Of a DNA stretch of 64,000 nucleotides, positions 8,539 through 17,957 are shown piece by piece (the first letter of the stretch is position 1; each line of letters starts with the position of its first letter). Below the pieces are notes generated by a model that was given only the letters and a program-made list of their open reading frames with translations, was not told where the DNA came from and searched no databases. The stretch comes from Candidatus Microgenomates bacterium (GTDB lineage Bacteria; Patescibacteriota; Microgenomatia; UBA8517). Both the position numbers and the translations under genes were made by a program. The stretch lies in contig JBEKNE010000001.1 in NCBI GenBank assembly GCA_049523135.1, forward strand, positions 651,234 to 715,233, read 5' to 3'.

Positions 8539-9965
8539 TTCTTTTTAACTATCGTTCCCATAGAAGTATCTTCAAGTGTATATCCATCTTTTTCTATCTG
8601 CGTACGAAAGTCGTCTGCAGAATCATAGTTACCTCTCTGGCGCTCCAATTCCCGCTGGTCTATGTTATTTATAGTTCCTCCACTTATCATAATTGTGGGG
8701 GAAAATAAAATTGTAGCCTTTGAAACAGGTAAAACGTTTTTAACCATTTTTTCTGACTTATAGGTAGAAAGACCCAATCCCAAAATTTCATCGAGGCTCA
8801 TTGCCAAATCATATTTATCGCCCGAGGGAATATTGCTTTTAAGCATCTCCCAAAAAACTGCCAAGGCCTTGGGGGTACCCAGATCATCACTTAACGCTTC
8901 CAAAAACTCACTGCGGAAAGTTTCAATTTTATTTTCTTTTTCTTCAGATAATACACTCCTATCCGTTTGTGTTTTAAGAGAATTTATCTGATTGCGGAGC
9001 CTTTCTAAGCCGTTTTGGGCGGCTTGCAGCGAATCCCAAGTAAAGTTCAATGTATCACGGTAGTGTACTCCCAAAAATAAGTACCTGAGTGCCAACGGAT
9101 CGAACCCTTTTTTGACAACATCATCAATTGTATAAAAATTTCCTAAACTCTTACTCATCTTCTTCCCATCAACCATTAAAAATGCCGTATGCAACCAATA
9201 TCTTACAAGAGGAATCTTACCCGATGCGGCTTCCATCTGGGCAATTTCTGCCTCGTGATGCGGAATAATGAGGTCAACTGCACCACCGTGTATATCATAT
9301 TGTGGTCCAAAAAAAGTCTCCGTAATTGCAGTATCTTCTATGTGCCACCCAGGCCTGCCTTCTCCTATTTCAGTTTTCCAAGAAGGTTCATTAGGTTTTG
9401 AAAACTTCCACAAACAAAAATCATTCCAACCTTTCTTTTGCTTGTTTTCATCTATTCTAGATACGGAATCACTCTGTGAAAGTTCGGTACGGCCCGAGAG
9501 CTTTCCGTAATCCGAAAACTTAGAAATCTCAAAATATATACCGTCATCAATCGTATAAGCGTAACCTTTATCTATCAGGGTTTTAACTTGTTTAACAATT
9601 TGACTTATATAATCAGTCGCCCGTGCATATTTTGTAACGGAAATATTGTTGAGTTCTTTCATATTTTCCATGTAAATACCTTCATATTTGTTGACAAGTT
9701 CCTTCCACTCGATTCCCAACTCCCTTGATCTACTTAATATTTTGTCATCAATATCTGTGATATTTTGAAGATAAAAAACGTCAAATCCTGCATATCTCAA
9801 AAATCTTACCAAGAAATCAAATTGTGTATATGTTTTTGCATTGCCGATATGGGGATTGTCATAAACAGTTGGACCACAGACAAAAAGATTAACCTTTTTG
9901 TCATTTATCGGTTCAAACTTTTCCTTTTTTCTTGTTAATGAATTTGTTAGAAAAATATCAGCCAC
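8535..9965 (-). CDS. cysS: Cysteine--tRNA ligase
   Basis: CGPTVYDNPHIGN, DFCLWK, GRPGWHIE, DIHGGAVDLIIPHHEAE, KMSKSLGNF. Confidence 0.97.
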   Translation of the reverse strand: MADIFLTNSLTRKKEKFEPINDKKVNLFVCGPTVYDNPHIGNAKTYTQFDFLVRFLRYAGFDVFYLQNITDIDDKILSRSRELGIEWKELVNKYEGIYMENMKELNNISVTKYARATDYISQIVKQVKTLIDKGYAYTIDDGIYFEISKFSDYGKLSGRTELSQSDSVSRIDENKQKKGWNDFCLWKFSKPNEPSWKTEIGEGRPGWHIEDTAITETFFGPQYDIHGGAVDLIIPHHEAEIAQMEAASGKIPLVRYWLHTAFLMVDGKKMSKSLGNFYTIDDVVKKGFDPLALRYLFLGVHYRDTLNFTWDSLQAAQNGLERLRNQINSLKTQTDRSVLSEEKENKIETFRSEFLEALSDDLGTPKALAVFWEMLKSNIPSGDKYDLAMSLDEILGLGLSTYKSEKMVKNVLPVSKATILFSPTIMISGGTINNIDQRELERQRGNYDSADDFRTQIEKDGYTLEDTSMGTIVKKK

Positions 9966-10383
9966 GATTTATTATATCAGAAGGCTCCACGCGTTTAATA
10001 CTTAATTTGTCAAAATCTTTATCATACGAAACAACCGTCATCTTTTTTGACTGAATTTTAGGATTACTCGCAATCAAGGCGTCAATAAATTTAATGTTCT
10101 TTCCTTCATATTTTCTTAGCGCATACTCCAAATCAAATTCATCAACAATTTTCAGACCATTAAGTCCAACAATTCCTTTCAAGGATTTAATAATTTTAGA
10201 TTTCGGTTCCTTATACGAAGAACTTAGCACCCAAACAATTTCAGATAAAACCTCGCCCGAAGTAAACGCCTTTATTTTTGAATCCTTTACCAATTTCAAA
10301 AGACTGGAGCATTCATTAAATATCTTTTGATTTTCCAACTCAAGAATTCTAATAAAAATGTTTGTATCAATAAAATAGTCCAT
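9958..10383 (-). CDS. PIN-domain (VapC-like) toxin
   Basis: FIDTNIFIR, LSEIVWVL, FIDALIA, SYDKDFDK acidic PIN residues. Confidence 0.9.
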   Translation of the reverse strand: MDYFIDTNIFIRILELENQKIFNECSSLLKLVKDSKIKAFTSGEVLSEIVWVLSSSYKEPKSKIIKSLKGIVGLNGLKIVDEFDLEYALRKYEGKNIKFIDALIASNPKIQSKKMTVVSYDKDFDKLSIKRVEPSDIINRG

Positions 10384-10619
10384 TAGATTCTCTTGTAATG
10401 AGATTGCATATCCTCGCGGGCCTTAAGAGCGGTCATTCCCTTGGGAGCTTTCCCAATTGGTGCAAAATCCAATATGTCAAAAGTTGGTTCTAACTTGACA
10501 GCTTTTTCAGAAACAGAAATCATTACCTTAGAGTAAGGTTTTATACCCAAAAGTTTCCTGAAACTAAACGGTATTGTTACTTGTCCTTTTTGTGTAACTG
10601 TGGCTAATTGTACATTCAT
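10383..10619 (-). CDS. AbrB/MazE/SpoVT-family antitoxin
   Basis: TVTQKGQVTIPFSFRKLLGIKP; translationally coupled upstream of the PIN gene. Confidence 0.9.
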   Translation of the reverse strand: MNVQLATVTQKGQVTIPFSFRKLLGIKPYSKVMISVSEKAVKLEPTFDILDFAPIGKAPKGMTALKAREDMQSHYKRI

Positions 10620-10622
10620 ATA

Positions 10623-10663
10623 AGTAATATTAACCTAAAAGTAATACTTTGTCAAGAGTAATA
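10623..10663 (-). promoter_or_regulatory. TA promoter (TTGACA-17-TAATAT) overlaid by three AGTAATA repeats
   Basis: -35 at 10650-10655 and -10 at 10627-10632 on the minus strand; AGTAATA at 10623, 10640 and 10657. Confidence 0.65.
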
Positions 10664-10688
10664 CATCACAACTAGATTGCGGGCTTGT

Positions 10689-11240
10689 TTATCCACTTGG
10701 AGGTACCGGTTTTTCAACACGCGTCTGTTGTCGTTCGGCTTCCGCTTTTTGACTTCTTCCCGCACCAAATCTACGGTTGGGTTTCGACGAAACAAAAGGT
10801 AATGCCCCTTTAGACTCGTTATAAGCCGCTTGATCCTTTTGATACTTTACCGCCTCCGTTTGGGCTTTCAGAACCTGCTTCTGTTCAATAGAAAGTGTTG
10901 GATAATCTTCCAACGGAATTTCTTCCCCTTGAGTAATCTTTTCCTGTAGGTTTTTGAAAAGGTCCTGCTTTTCGATATCGGACAACTCACTTTTTAAAGC
11001 TTCCATTCCACGAGAGGTCCGTATCTTGTCTTGAGTTATCTGCTGCTCCTCTATTTTCTTTTGCTCCAGATCACCACTTTGAGAAACTTGAGGATTTTCA
11101 TTTAAAGGAATATTTTCCGGATTAAAAACCTGTTCATTTGCAGTTTTTAAAACCTCCAGAGGTCCCTTAGCAATTTGTTTGGCTATTTTTTGGGCAAGAT
11201 CGCGGGCGTATTGTCCGGACGTTTTGGCAGTATTGTTCAT
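10689..11240 (-). CDS. Hypothetical coiled-coil protein
   Basis: 183-aa Q/E/K-rich ORF starting 4 bp after the recR stop. Confidence 0.8.
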   Translation of the reverse strand: MNNTAKTSGQYARDLAQKIAKQIAKGPLEVLKTANEQVFNPENIPLNENPQVSQSGDLEQKKIEEQQITQDKIRTSRGMEALKSELSDIEKQDLFKNLQEKITQGEEIPLEDYPTLSIEQKQVLKAQTEAVKYQKDQAAYNESKGALPFVSSKPNRRFGAGRSQKAEAERQQTRVEKPVPPSG

Positions 11241-11244
11241 ATTT

Positions 11245-11850
11245 TTATAATTCCCTTCTTCCCTCCAGGGCTTGAGTTAATGTTACCTCATCAGCATATT
11301 CCAAGTCTGCTCCCGTTGGAATTCCCATTCCCAGTCTTGTTACTTTTACCATTAACTCTTCACCTTTTATCTGTTTAGTTAGATACATTGCCGTAGCCTC
11401 GCCTTCCATTGTGGGGTTTGTGGCAATTATTATCTCTTTTATATTCTTTTCTTCTTTCAATCTTTTCATTAAATCGTCTATATAAATTTCATCGGGTCCG
11501 ATATTTTCCAGAGGGTTAATGGCTCCGTGCAAAACATGGTAAATACCTTTAAATTTACCTGTTTTCTCAAATGCCAAAATATCTAAGGGTTCTTCGACAA
11601 CTAAAATCACCGATTTATCACGCGATAAGTCTGAACAAATCGGACAAGGGTCCGTTTCGCTTATATTTTTGCAGATAGAACAAAGTTTTGTATCTTTTTT
11701 AAGTCTCCCTATACTTTCCGCAAAATCATCGAGTTGTGACTGAGGAACATGGAGTAAATAATAAGTGAGACGCTGGGCACTTTTGGGGCCAATTCCGGGA
11801 AGTTTTTGAAAAGACTCAATTAATGCCGCAATAGGACCTGCAATCTTCAT
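11245..11850 (-). CDS. recR: Recombination mediator RecR
   Basis: HhH LPGIGPKSAQR, C4 zinc finger, Toprim IIATNPTMEGEATA. Confidence 0.97.
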   Translation of the reverse strand: MKIAGPIAALIESFQKLPGIGPKSAQRLTYYLLHVPQSQLDDFAESIGRLKKDTKLCSICKNISETDPCPICSDLSRDKSVILVVEEPLDILAFEKTGKFKGIYHVLHGAINPLENIGPDEIYIDDLMKRLKEEKNIKEIIIATNPTMEGEATAMYLTKQIKGEELMVKVTRLGMGIPTGADLEYADEVTLTQALEGRREL

Positions 11851-12069
11851 ATCTCATTTTATGTAAATTTCAAGAAATTTAAAGAAGATGTTTTAATAAA
11901 CCTCAGGGTTTATTGACTTTCCTTTTGTAACTGTTATGCTTGCGTTCTGCTGCCTCTACCCCTCTGCTAATCATAGGTCTCTATCGTTTTACCGTTCTTT
12001 AAAAGAATATAAATCTAACCAATAATCTGTTTTACTATATTCATTATTCATTTCCCTAAAGGAGGAAAA

Positions 12070-13101
12070 ATGAAAAACAAAATTTTTGTTATAGTGTTAA
12101 CACTTGTGTTGTTATGTTCCTGTTCGCTCTCGCCAAATATTGCCAGCACAACAACTGCACAGCCTTTAGTAGCCTTACCGACATCAACTGCCACTGTTAA
12201 AAGTACTGCTACCGAGGTGAATACGCCAGTTCCTACCATAACACCCACGTTAAGTCCTACCCTATCTCCGCGTGACTCAGCTCTAGCAGAACATGAACAA
12301 GAGCGAATAACATATCTCGCCGAGCAGGGTCCTGCAGAGGAAATTCCCGTTCTCGAGTACCATGGCGACAATTATGGTATGACTTTCGGAACTGCAGTAG
12401 TCGAACTTGAACCGGAGGCGTTCGAAGCACAAATGAAATGGTTTTATGACAACCATGTTTATGCCGTTACCGGTCAAAATTTGATTGATTGGATCAACGG
12501 AAAAATCGAATTGCCGGCAAGATCGGTGGTTTTGACTTTCGACATGGGTTACAACAGCGCCAAGGCAATCCATAGAATAATCCCCGAGTTTGAGAAATAC
12601 GGAATGTTTGGCATCTTTACAATTTTCACAAAGTTTATGAATGAAGGAGAATCCGTTAACTGCGTAAATGATGCCTGCTGGGAAGCTTTCCGGTATGCAT
12701 ACCTTTCGGGATATGTCGACATCGGAAGTCACACCATGACTCATCGGGATTTTGCGACACTATCCGAAAAAGAAGGTATGAATGAATTGGCAAATTCGAA
12801 GGAAACTATCGAGGAACATGTCGGTAATGGTTGCATCGTCTCTATTTTGACTTGGCCATACGAAAGTGTTCCAAAGTGGGGAAAGGATATTAGTCAGATA
12901 GGCTTTACCATTGCCTTTGCCGGCTATCAATATCCTATCCTGCAAAATGCCATGTGGAAAGATAAACCGGAAGATTTTTATCAGGAACCCCGGGTATTAC
13001 CCCCGAACTCCAATGGTATATCGGGAAGGCCCAACGGTAAGGATCTGGAAGGGATCATGCAGATGTATACTACCGCCAACTCTAACCAAGGTGGTTGGTA
13101 A
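12070..13101 (+). CDS. Polysaccharide deacetylase (NodB/CE4) lipoprotein
   Basis: Signal peptide with LLCSC lipobox-like site, T/P linker, IPVLEYH, VVLTFD, IGSHTMTH, WPY; SD AAGGAGG. Confidence 0.85.
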   Translation: MKNKIFVIVLTLVLLCSCSLSPNIASTTTAQPLVALPTSTATVKSTATEVNTPVPTITPTLSPTLSPRDSALAEHEQERITYLAEQGPAEEIPVLEYHGDNYGMTFGTAVVELEPEAFEAQMKWFYDNHVYAVTGQNLIDWINGKIELPARSVVLTFDMGYNSAKAIHRIIPEFEKYGMFGIFTIFTKFMNEGESVNCVNDACWEAFRYAYLSGYVDIGSHTMTHRDFATLSEKEGMNELANSKETIEEHVGNGCIVSILTWPYESVPKWGKDISQIGFTIAFAGYQYPILQNAMWKDKPEDFYQEPRVLPPNSNGISGRPNGKDLEGIMQMYTTANSNQGGW

Positions 13102-13124
13102 TATAAATAGTCAGAGGTACCCAT

Positions 13125-13170
13125 AAGGACCATCTTTTTGTTTGTATGAAGAGATGGTCCTTTTTATTTT
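13125..13170. terminator. Intrinsic terminator between convergent genes
   Basis: AAGGACCATCTTTT...AAGAGATGGTCCTT stem followed by a T-tract. Confidence 0.8.
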
Positions 13171-13442
13171 CCAAGGCCACCCAGAAGTCCCGCTAAGCCC
13201 CCGCCCATATCCATCATCTTCTTTGCAGATTCTTTCTGTACGTCTTTCATTGCACTGTTTATCAAATCAGTTAATTCTTTTAAGTCTTCCTCGCCGCGTT
13301 TTATATAGCGGATTTTTTGGTCTCCTGTGACAGAAACTGTATAGCCGTGCTTCTCTGCAGTTTTAATAATCTTTTCAAGTTCTTTTTGAAGTTCACTCGC
13401 CTTACGGCGCATATTTGCAAGATCTTTTATTTGGTCAAACAT
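13164..13442 (-). CDS. ybaB: YbaB/EbfC nucleoid-associated protein
   Basis: Small helical protein directly downstream of dnaX; LINSAMKDVQKESAKKM. Confidence 0.85.
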   Translation of the reverse strand: MFDQIKDLANMRRKASELQKELEKIIKTAEKHGYTVSVTGDQKIRYIKRGEEDLKELTDLINSAMKDVQKESAKKMMDMGGGLAGLLGGLGK

Positions 13443-13443
13443 T

Positions 13444-14976
13444 TTAGTTACTGAATATTTCTTCAGCGGCTTTAATTATATCGCCGTCCTTTCCTTCAGT
13501 CAAAACCGTATCGGTTTTTGATTCCTCAACTATTTTTTTGGGCGGCGGATCAACAAGTGTACAAACTACTTTTGTCGGTGACTTAAGAACCTTGGCAACA
13601 ATATCCTCCACCAGTCTTCTGTAGCGCGCGTCCTCCAGTCTTTCCTTATGAAACTTGTAATAAACACCTAAAGTAAGAATCTTTCCGTCATAAGTCATGG
13701 GTCTTGCCGCTCTTAGCAGTGCTTCGACTGAGGCATTTAAAGGTTTAATAAGAGCCAAGATATTCCTCCACATGTCATCATTTACATTTTCTCTTATTTC
13801 CAAAGATGGTGGCATTTCGCGAGCGCCGGAAATTTCTGTTTGAGCCAGATCGTGACTAGCGAAAGCCGCCGAGCGGGAGTTACCACTACCGGTTCCGGTT
13901 TTTCCAGAAGGCGAGTTAATTTCCGATCGAGCAGATTGTAAATGTCTTTCCTCTTCCCCACACCATTTTATAATCGCTATTTCAAGCGGCAGTTCTTCAA
14001 TCGGAAAATTCCCGATATTCTTTAAAGCTTCATCCATCAGCTCAATCAGTTTAATAAGTTCATCTTTCGATAGTTTACCAATTTCATCTTCTCCGACTCC
14101 GACTTTTGCCAAAAGAGATACACGCAATTTTTTAATAAGCGCCTCCAAAAAATTCTCCACGGTAACACCTTTGGAATCCAACATCCCGATTTCTTTAATC
14201 AACTTCTCGGTATTCCTTTCAACTAAAAGCTTAACAAATTTATCCAGATCAAAAGACTTGCTTCTGAAAAGAAATTCCTCCAAAAATTCTTTAGAAAGTT
14301 CTTTTTCTTCAGCGACAAGCTGTTCCAAAATTTTTATGGCATCGCGGAAAGATCCGTCGGAAGCTTTGGCAATAATTCCAAGAGTTTCATCATCAGCTTT
14401 AATTTTTTCTCCAGCTACAACCCTTTTAAGAGACCTGACAATTTCATCAGGATTCGCCTTTCTGAAAGGAATAAATGTAGTTCTGGATTGAATCGTGCCA
14501 ATTAATTTTTCCGGATTGGTGGTAGCCAAAATAAAAACAACATGCTCGGGAGGCTCTTCCAAAGTTTTAAGAAGAGCATTGGAAGCTTCCGTCGTTAACA
14601 TATGAGCTTCGTCAATTATGTAAATCTTTTTCTTAGCGGAGGTCGGTGCAAGCTTTACGGCATCGCGCAGAATTCTGACATCATCAATTCCGCGGTGGCT
14701 GGCGGCATCCATTTCGATAACGTCCAAATTATTTCCTTTATCAATCGACACACACTGTTTACATTTATTGCAAGGTTCCGACCCCTTTAAATTTTCGCAG
14801 TTTAAAATTTTTGCCAGAATTCTTGCCGCTGAAGTTTTTCCTGTTCCTTTGGGACCGGCAAAAAGAAATGCATGAGGAATGTTTTTACCGGAAACTATTT
14901 TTTTAAGCGATTCGGCAACATCACGTAAGTCCAACTCATCTAAATTTTTTGATCGGTATTTCAGGTATAGTGTCAT
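13444..14976 (-). CDS. dnaX: DNA polymerase III subunit gamma/tau
   Basis: LYLKYRS, GPKGTGKTS, C4 zinc motif, IIDEAHML, NALLKTLEEPP. Confidence 0.97.
   Translation of the reverse strand: MTLYLKYRSKNLDELDLRDVAESLKKIVSGKNIPHAFLFAGPKGTGKTSAARILAKILNCENLKGSEPCNKCKQCVSIDKGNNLDVIEMDAASHRGIDDVRILRDAVKLAPTSAKKKIYIIDEAHMLTTEASNALLKTLEEPPEHVVFILATTNPEKLIGTIQSRTTFIPFRKANPDEIVRSLKRVVAGEKIKADDETLGIIAKASDGSFRDAIKILEQLVAEEKELSKEFLEEFLFRSKSFDLDKFVKLLVERNTEKLIKEIGMLDSKGVTVENFLEALIKKLRVSLLAKVGVGEDEIGKLSKDELIKLIELMDEALKNIGNFPIEELPLEIAIIKWCGEEERHLQSARSEINSPSGKTGTGSGNSRSAAFASHDLAQTEISGAREMPPSLEIRENVNDDMWRNILALIKPLNASVEALLRAARPMTYDGKILTLGVYYKFHKERLEDARYRRLVEDIVAKVLKSPTKVVCTLVDPPPKKIVEESKTDTVLTEGKDGDIIKAAEEIFSN
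13811..13946. repeat. GC-rich palindromic element within the dnaX coding sequence
   Basis: CGGAAATT (13827) pairs with AATTTCCG (13918); GGCATTT pairs with AAATGTC; encodes an S/G/R-rich linker. Confidence 0.5.
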
Positions 14977-15362
14977 TCTTTGTGATGTATTCCCATTAGA
15001 TGTAAAGCCCCATGTTCAGCCAACTCATAAATCCTGTCGTCAGTTAAAACATTTTCTTCTCCTGCTTCTTTTACCGCCAAAGGATAGCAAATGACAATCT
15101 CGCCCAAATGGATTTTTCCGTCCGGCGGATAAACAAATTTTCCCTTAACTTCTCCCGGCACAAACGACAACACATTGTGTAACTTTTTGTCCTTCACAAA
15201 TTTATTCCCGATTTCCATCATTTTTCCTTCTCCCACAATTGCAACGGAAACATCAGCATCGGAAACAATTCCTTTTCCCGCCAAAAAGTCGGCAAGTTTC
15301 CTCTTAATGGCAGGAACACCGACAGGATAATTCGACTGTTTACTGACGAAGACTTTAATCAT
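14973..15362 (-). CDS. ybeY: rRNA maturation endoribonuclease YbeY
   Basis: NVLSF, LGEIVIC, EHGALHLMGIHH metal-binding motif. Confidence 0.92.
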   Translation of the reverse strand: MIKVFVSKQSNYPVGVPAIKRKLADFLAGKGIVSDADVSVAIVGEGKMMEIGNKFVKDKKLHNVLSFVPGEVKGKFVYPPDGKIHLGEIVICYPLAVKEAGEENVLTDDRIYELAEHGALHLMGIHHKE

Positions 15363-15378
15363 CGGATGTGAACATTCA

Positions 15379-15816
15379 TTACGAAAGTTTTCCCCTTACA
15401 ATTCCTGCAACCTTGGCTCCATCTGCTCCGGGGGCAAAACTTTTTACTTTGCCTATTACCATACCCATCTCGGATGCCGTCTTGGCCCCTGTTGCCACAA
15501 TTGCCTGATCCACAAGCTTTTCAAGTTCCTCATCGGTCAGTTCCGGAGGGAGATATTCTTGAAGTATTTTAAGTTCCGCTTCTTCTTTAACAGCACGGTC
15601 CTCGGCTCCCGCTTTTCTATACATTTCAATTGCTTCTTTTCTTTTTTTTGCTTCACGTCTTATTACAACCATTTCTTCCTCATCATTTAAATCGTGCTGC
15701 TTATCTATTTTTTCATAATTAAGAGCCGAAAGAAGAAGCCTCAAGGTCGAAGTTCTAACTTCGTCATGAGCCTTCATCGACTCGCCTATTTTTGCCTGTA
15801 AAGTTTGAGCTATCAT
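15379..15816 (-). CDS. GatB/YqeY domain protein
   Basis: MKAHDEVRTSTLRLL, EAKKRKEAIEMY, ELKILQEYLP. Confidence 0.92.
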   Translation of the reverse strand: MIAQTLQAKIGESMKAHDEVRTSTLRLLLSALNYEKIDKQHDLNDEEEMVVIRREAKKRKEAIEMYRKAGAEDRAVKEEAELKILQEYLPPELTDEELEKLVDQAIVATGAKTASEMGMVIGKVKSFAPGADGAKVAGIVRGKLS

Positions 15817-16133
15817 ATTTTTCGATCGCTTGAGATTTTTCCCAACAGATGCATGTGCATATGGTGAACAACGGCTGCATCACCTGCATTCGTTGTCATT
15901 CTAAAGTTATTTATACCCTTTTCTTTCATAAGTTCCAACCCCAATTGTTTTATTTCAGTCCAAAGAGCATCACTGGCTTCATTTATATCCTTAATATGTT
16001 TCTTAGGAATTATCAGAATATGAACATCAGCTTGTGGATTAATATCATTAATTGCAATCAAGTTTTCTGTTTCTTTTACTTTATCCGAGGGAATTTCGCC
16101 CTTTATAATTTTGCAGAAAACACAATCTTCCAT
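15813..16133 (-). CDS. HIT-family nucleotide hydrolase (HinT-like)
   Basis: MEDCVFCKII start at ATG 16133, DINPQADVHILIIPKKH, HMHMHLL triad. Confidence 0.93.
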   Translation of the reverse strand: MEDCVFCKIIKGEIPSDKVKETENLIAINDINPQADVHILIIPKKHIKDINEASDALWTEIKQLGLELMKEKGINNFRMTTNAGDAAVVHHMHMHLLGKISSDRKI

Positions 16134-16258
16134 TTGTGAAAATAGTATAGACCCCTCCACAAGCCCAAACAAGAGGCCAAGAAATTTGACTATGAGTCTA
16201 GCGGGTGCTAAACTCCAGCCTCGCACCTAAAAATTGTCTATTAAAAAAGGAGGATATT

Positions 16259-16654
16259 GTGAAAACTATGTATTGGATAAGCCAAGCTGTTCTTTTGGTT
16301 GGTGAGTTCATAGGGTTATTGGTATTTGCTAACGACACAACAACAATTCCGCCAACTATGGTATATTTCAATCCGATTATTGTTCTCTATCTGTTTATCG
16401 GTGAAGTGGTTGTCTCGTTGCTTTATCTACTGTTCACCGATGAAGAAGACAAAATACGATTTATAACCTTTATCGTAGTCACGGCTGTTTTTCTTGGTAT
16501 CGCCGTAGCATTAATAGCATCTTTTACAATCCCGATAAATCAAGGTACTACTGCTATTTTTGAATGGTTCTACACCACGGCCGCATTATGTTTGCCTATA
16601 AGTGCGCTTGTTTGGGGAGTAATCATAGACGTCCATCATGGCTTACCTGATTAG
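16259..16654 (+). CDS. Hypothetical 4-TM membrane protein
   Basis: AGGAGG SD before GTG 16259; four hydrophobic segments. Confidence 0.75.
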   Translation: MKTMYWISQAVLLVGEFIGLLVFANDTTTIPPTMVYFNPIIVLYLFIGEVVVSLLYLLFTDEEDKIRFITFIVVTAVFLGIAVALIASFTIPINQGTTAIFEWFYTTAALCLPISALVWGVIIDVHHGLPD

Positions 16655-16713
16655 ACAATCTGGTGCGACCTGACGGTAAAAATTAGCATAAGTTAAACGC
16701 TAAGAAGCAACTG

Positions 16714-17943
16714 TCAGGAAAGTTTTTTTATTGTTTCCTCAAAATCCAAAAGTTCCGATTTTTCAGAAGCTCTTTCTTTCCATTCAATTTTATTTCCACT
16801 CCGCTCAGATACAACAAGGCGAACCGGAATCCCGATTAAGTCCGCATCGGCAAATTTTTCGCCGGGGGCAACATCTCTATCGTCCCAAAGAACTTCAATT
16901 CCTTTCTCGGTCAGTTCGTCATAAATCTTATTTGCATTTTTTGTTCCGGGAAGTTCAACCAAATGAACATCAAATGGCGCCACAGCTTTCGGCCATATGA
17001 TACCTTTCTCGTCATGTCCAACCTCAACCAATGTTCCCATAACTCTTGTCGGACCGATTCCGTAGCTTGCAAACCAAACCGGTTTTTTAAGACCTTTTTC
17101 ATCAGTGTAATAAACATGCATACGTTCGGAATACCATGTTCCAAGAGGAAAAATATTACCAACTTCGACAGTTCCGTCAATTTTCTCTATTTTCCCCTTC
17201 TTACATTTTGGACATAAATCATGTTCTTTTCCTTCATATATTTCCTTATTTACGGCATAATCACACAAGTCACAAGCAAAGACCGTATCCTCCCCATTCG
17301 CATTTAGAACCTGAAATTCATGAGTATGCTTATCCGTAAAAACTCCGCCTGAAGCTTCAACTATTTTGAAATTAAATCCTAAGCGCTTAAATATTTTTAC
17401 ATAAGCCGCCTTAACCTTTTCGTAGTAATTCATCATATCCTTCTCATTAGTGTGAGCCGAATATAGATCCTTCATCATAAATTCCCTACCCCGCAAAATT
17501 CCACTTCTGGCACGCGGTTCATTTCTAAACTTTGTAGAAAATTGATAAACGGCAACCGGCAAATCTTGGTAGCTTTTGATATTTTTTCTGAGAAGATCCA
17601 TAACGATTTCTTCGTGAGTAAAACTCAGCACATATTCTTTTTCTCGAGTGTCCTTGAGTTTATACATTATCTCGTCTGCTTTATCCCATCTACCCGTTTC
17701 ACTCCAAATTTCTTTCGGGTGCAGTAAGGGCATTAGCATTTCCTGTCCCCCTACGGCGTTCATTTCCTCGCGGATTATCTGATTTATCTTGGTTACAACA
17801 CAAAACCCAAGAGGAAGAAGTGTCCAGCTTCCCGACATAAGTTGATCGATAAATCCGCCGCGGACCAGAAGTTTATGATTAATACTTTCCGCATCTTTGG
17901 GAGCTTCTTTTCTGGTTTTAGGAAAAAGTTGTGATTGCCGCAT
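16714..17943 (-). CDS. proS: Proline--tRNA ligase (short form, no editing domain)
   Basis: MRQSQLF, KFRNEPRARSGILRGREFMMKDLYS, SYGIGPTR, KFADADLIGIP. Confidence 0.96.
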   Translation of the reverse strand: MRQSQLFPKTRKEAPKDAESINHKLLVRGGFIDQLMSGSWTLLPLGFCVVTKINQIIREEMNAVGGQEMLMPLLHPKEIWSETGRWDKADEIMYKLKDTREKEYVLSFTHEEIVMDLLRKNIKSYQDLPVAVYQFSTKFRNEPRARSGILRGREFMMKDLYSAHTNEKDMMNYYEKVKAAYVKIFKRLGFNFKIVEASGGVFTDKHTHEFQVLNANGEDTVFACDLCDYAVNKEIYEGKEHDLCPKCKKGKIEKIDGTVEVGNIFPLGTWYSERMHVYYTDEKGLKKPVWFASYGIGPTRVMGTLVEVGHDEKGIIWPKAVAPFDVHLVELPGTKNANKIYDELTEKGIEVLWDDRDVAPGEKFADADLIGIPVRLVVSERSGNKIEWKERASEKSELLDFEETIKKLS

Positions 17944-17957
17944 ATCAGGCTATTGTA

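Noticed and set aside
13834-13866. Hammerhead-like CTG..TGAG...CGAAA in the dnaX element (similar in topA)
   Set aside because: The core is not CUGANGA, stems I and III cannot be drawn convincingly, and the topA copy lacks GAAA.
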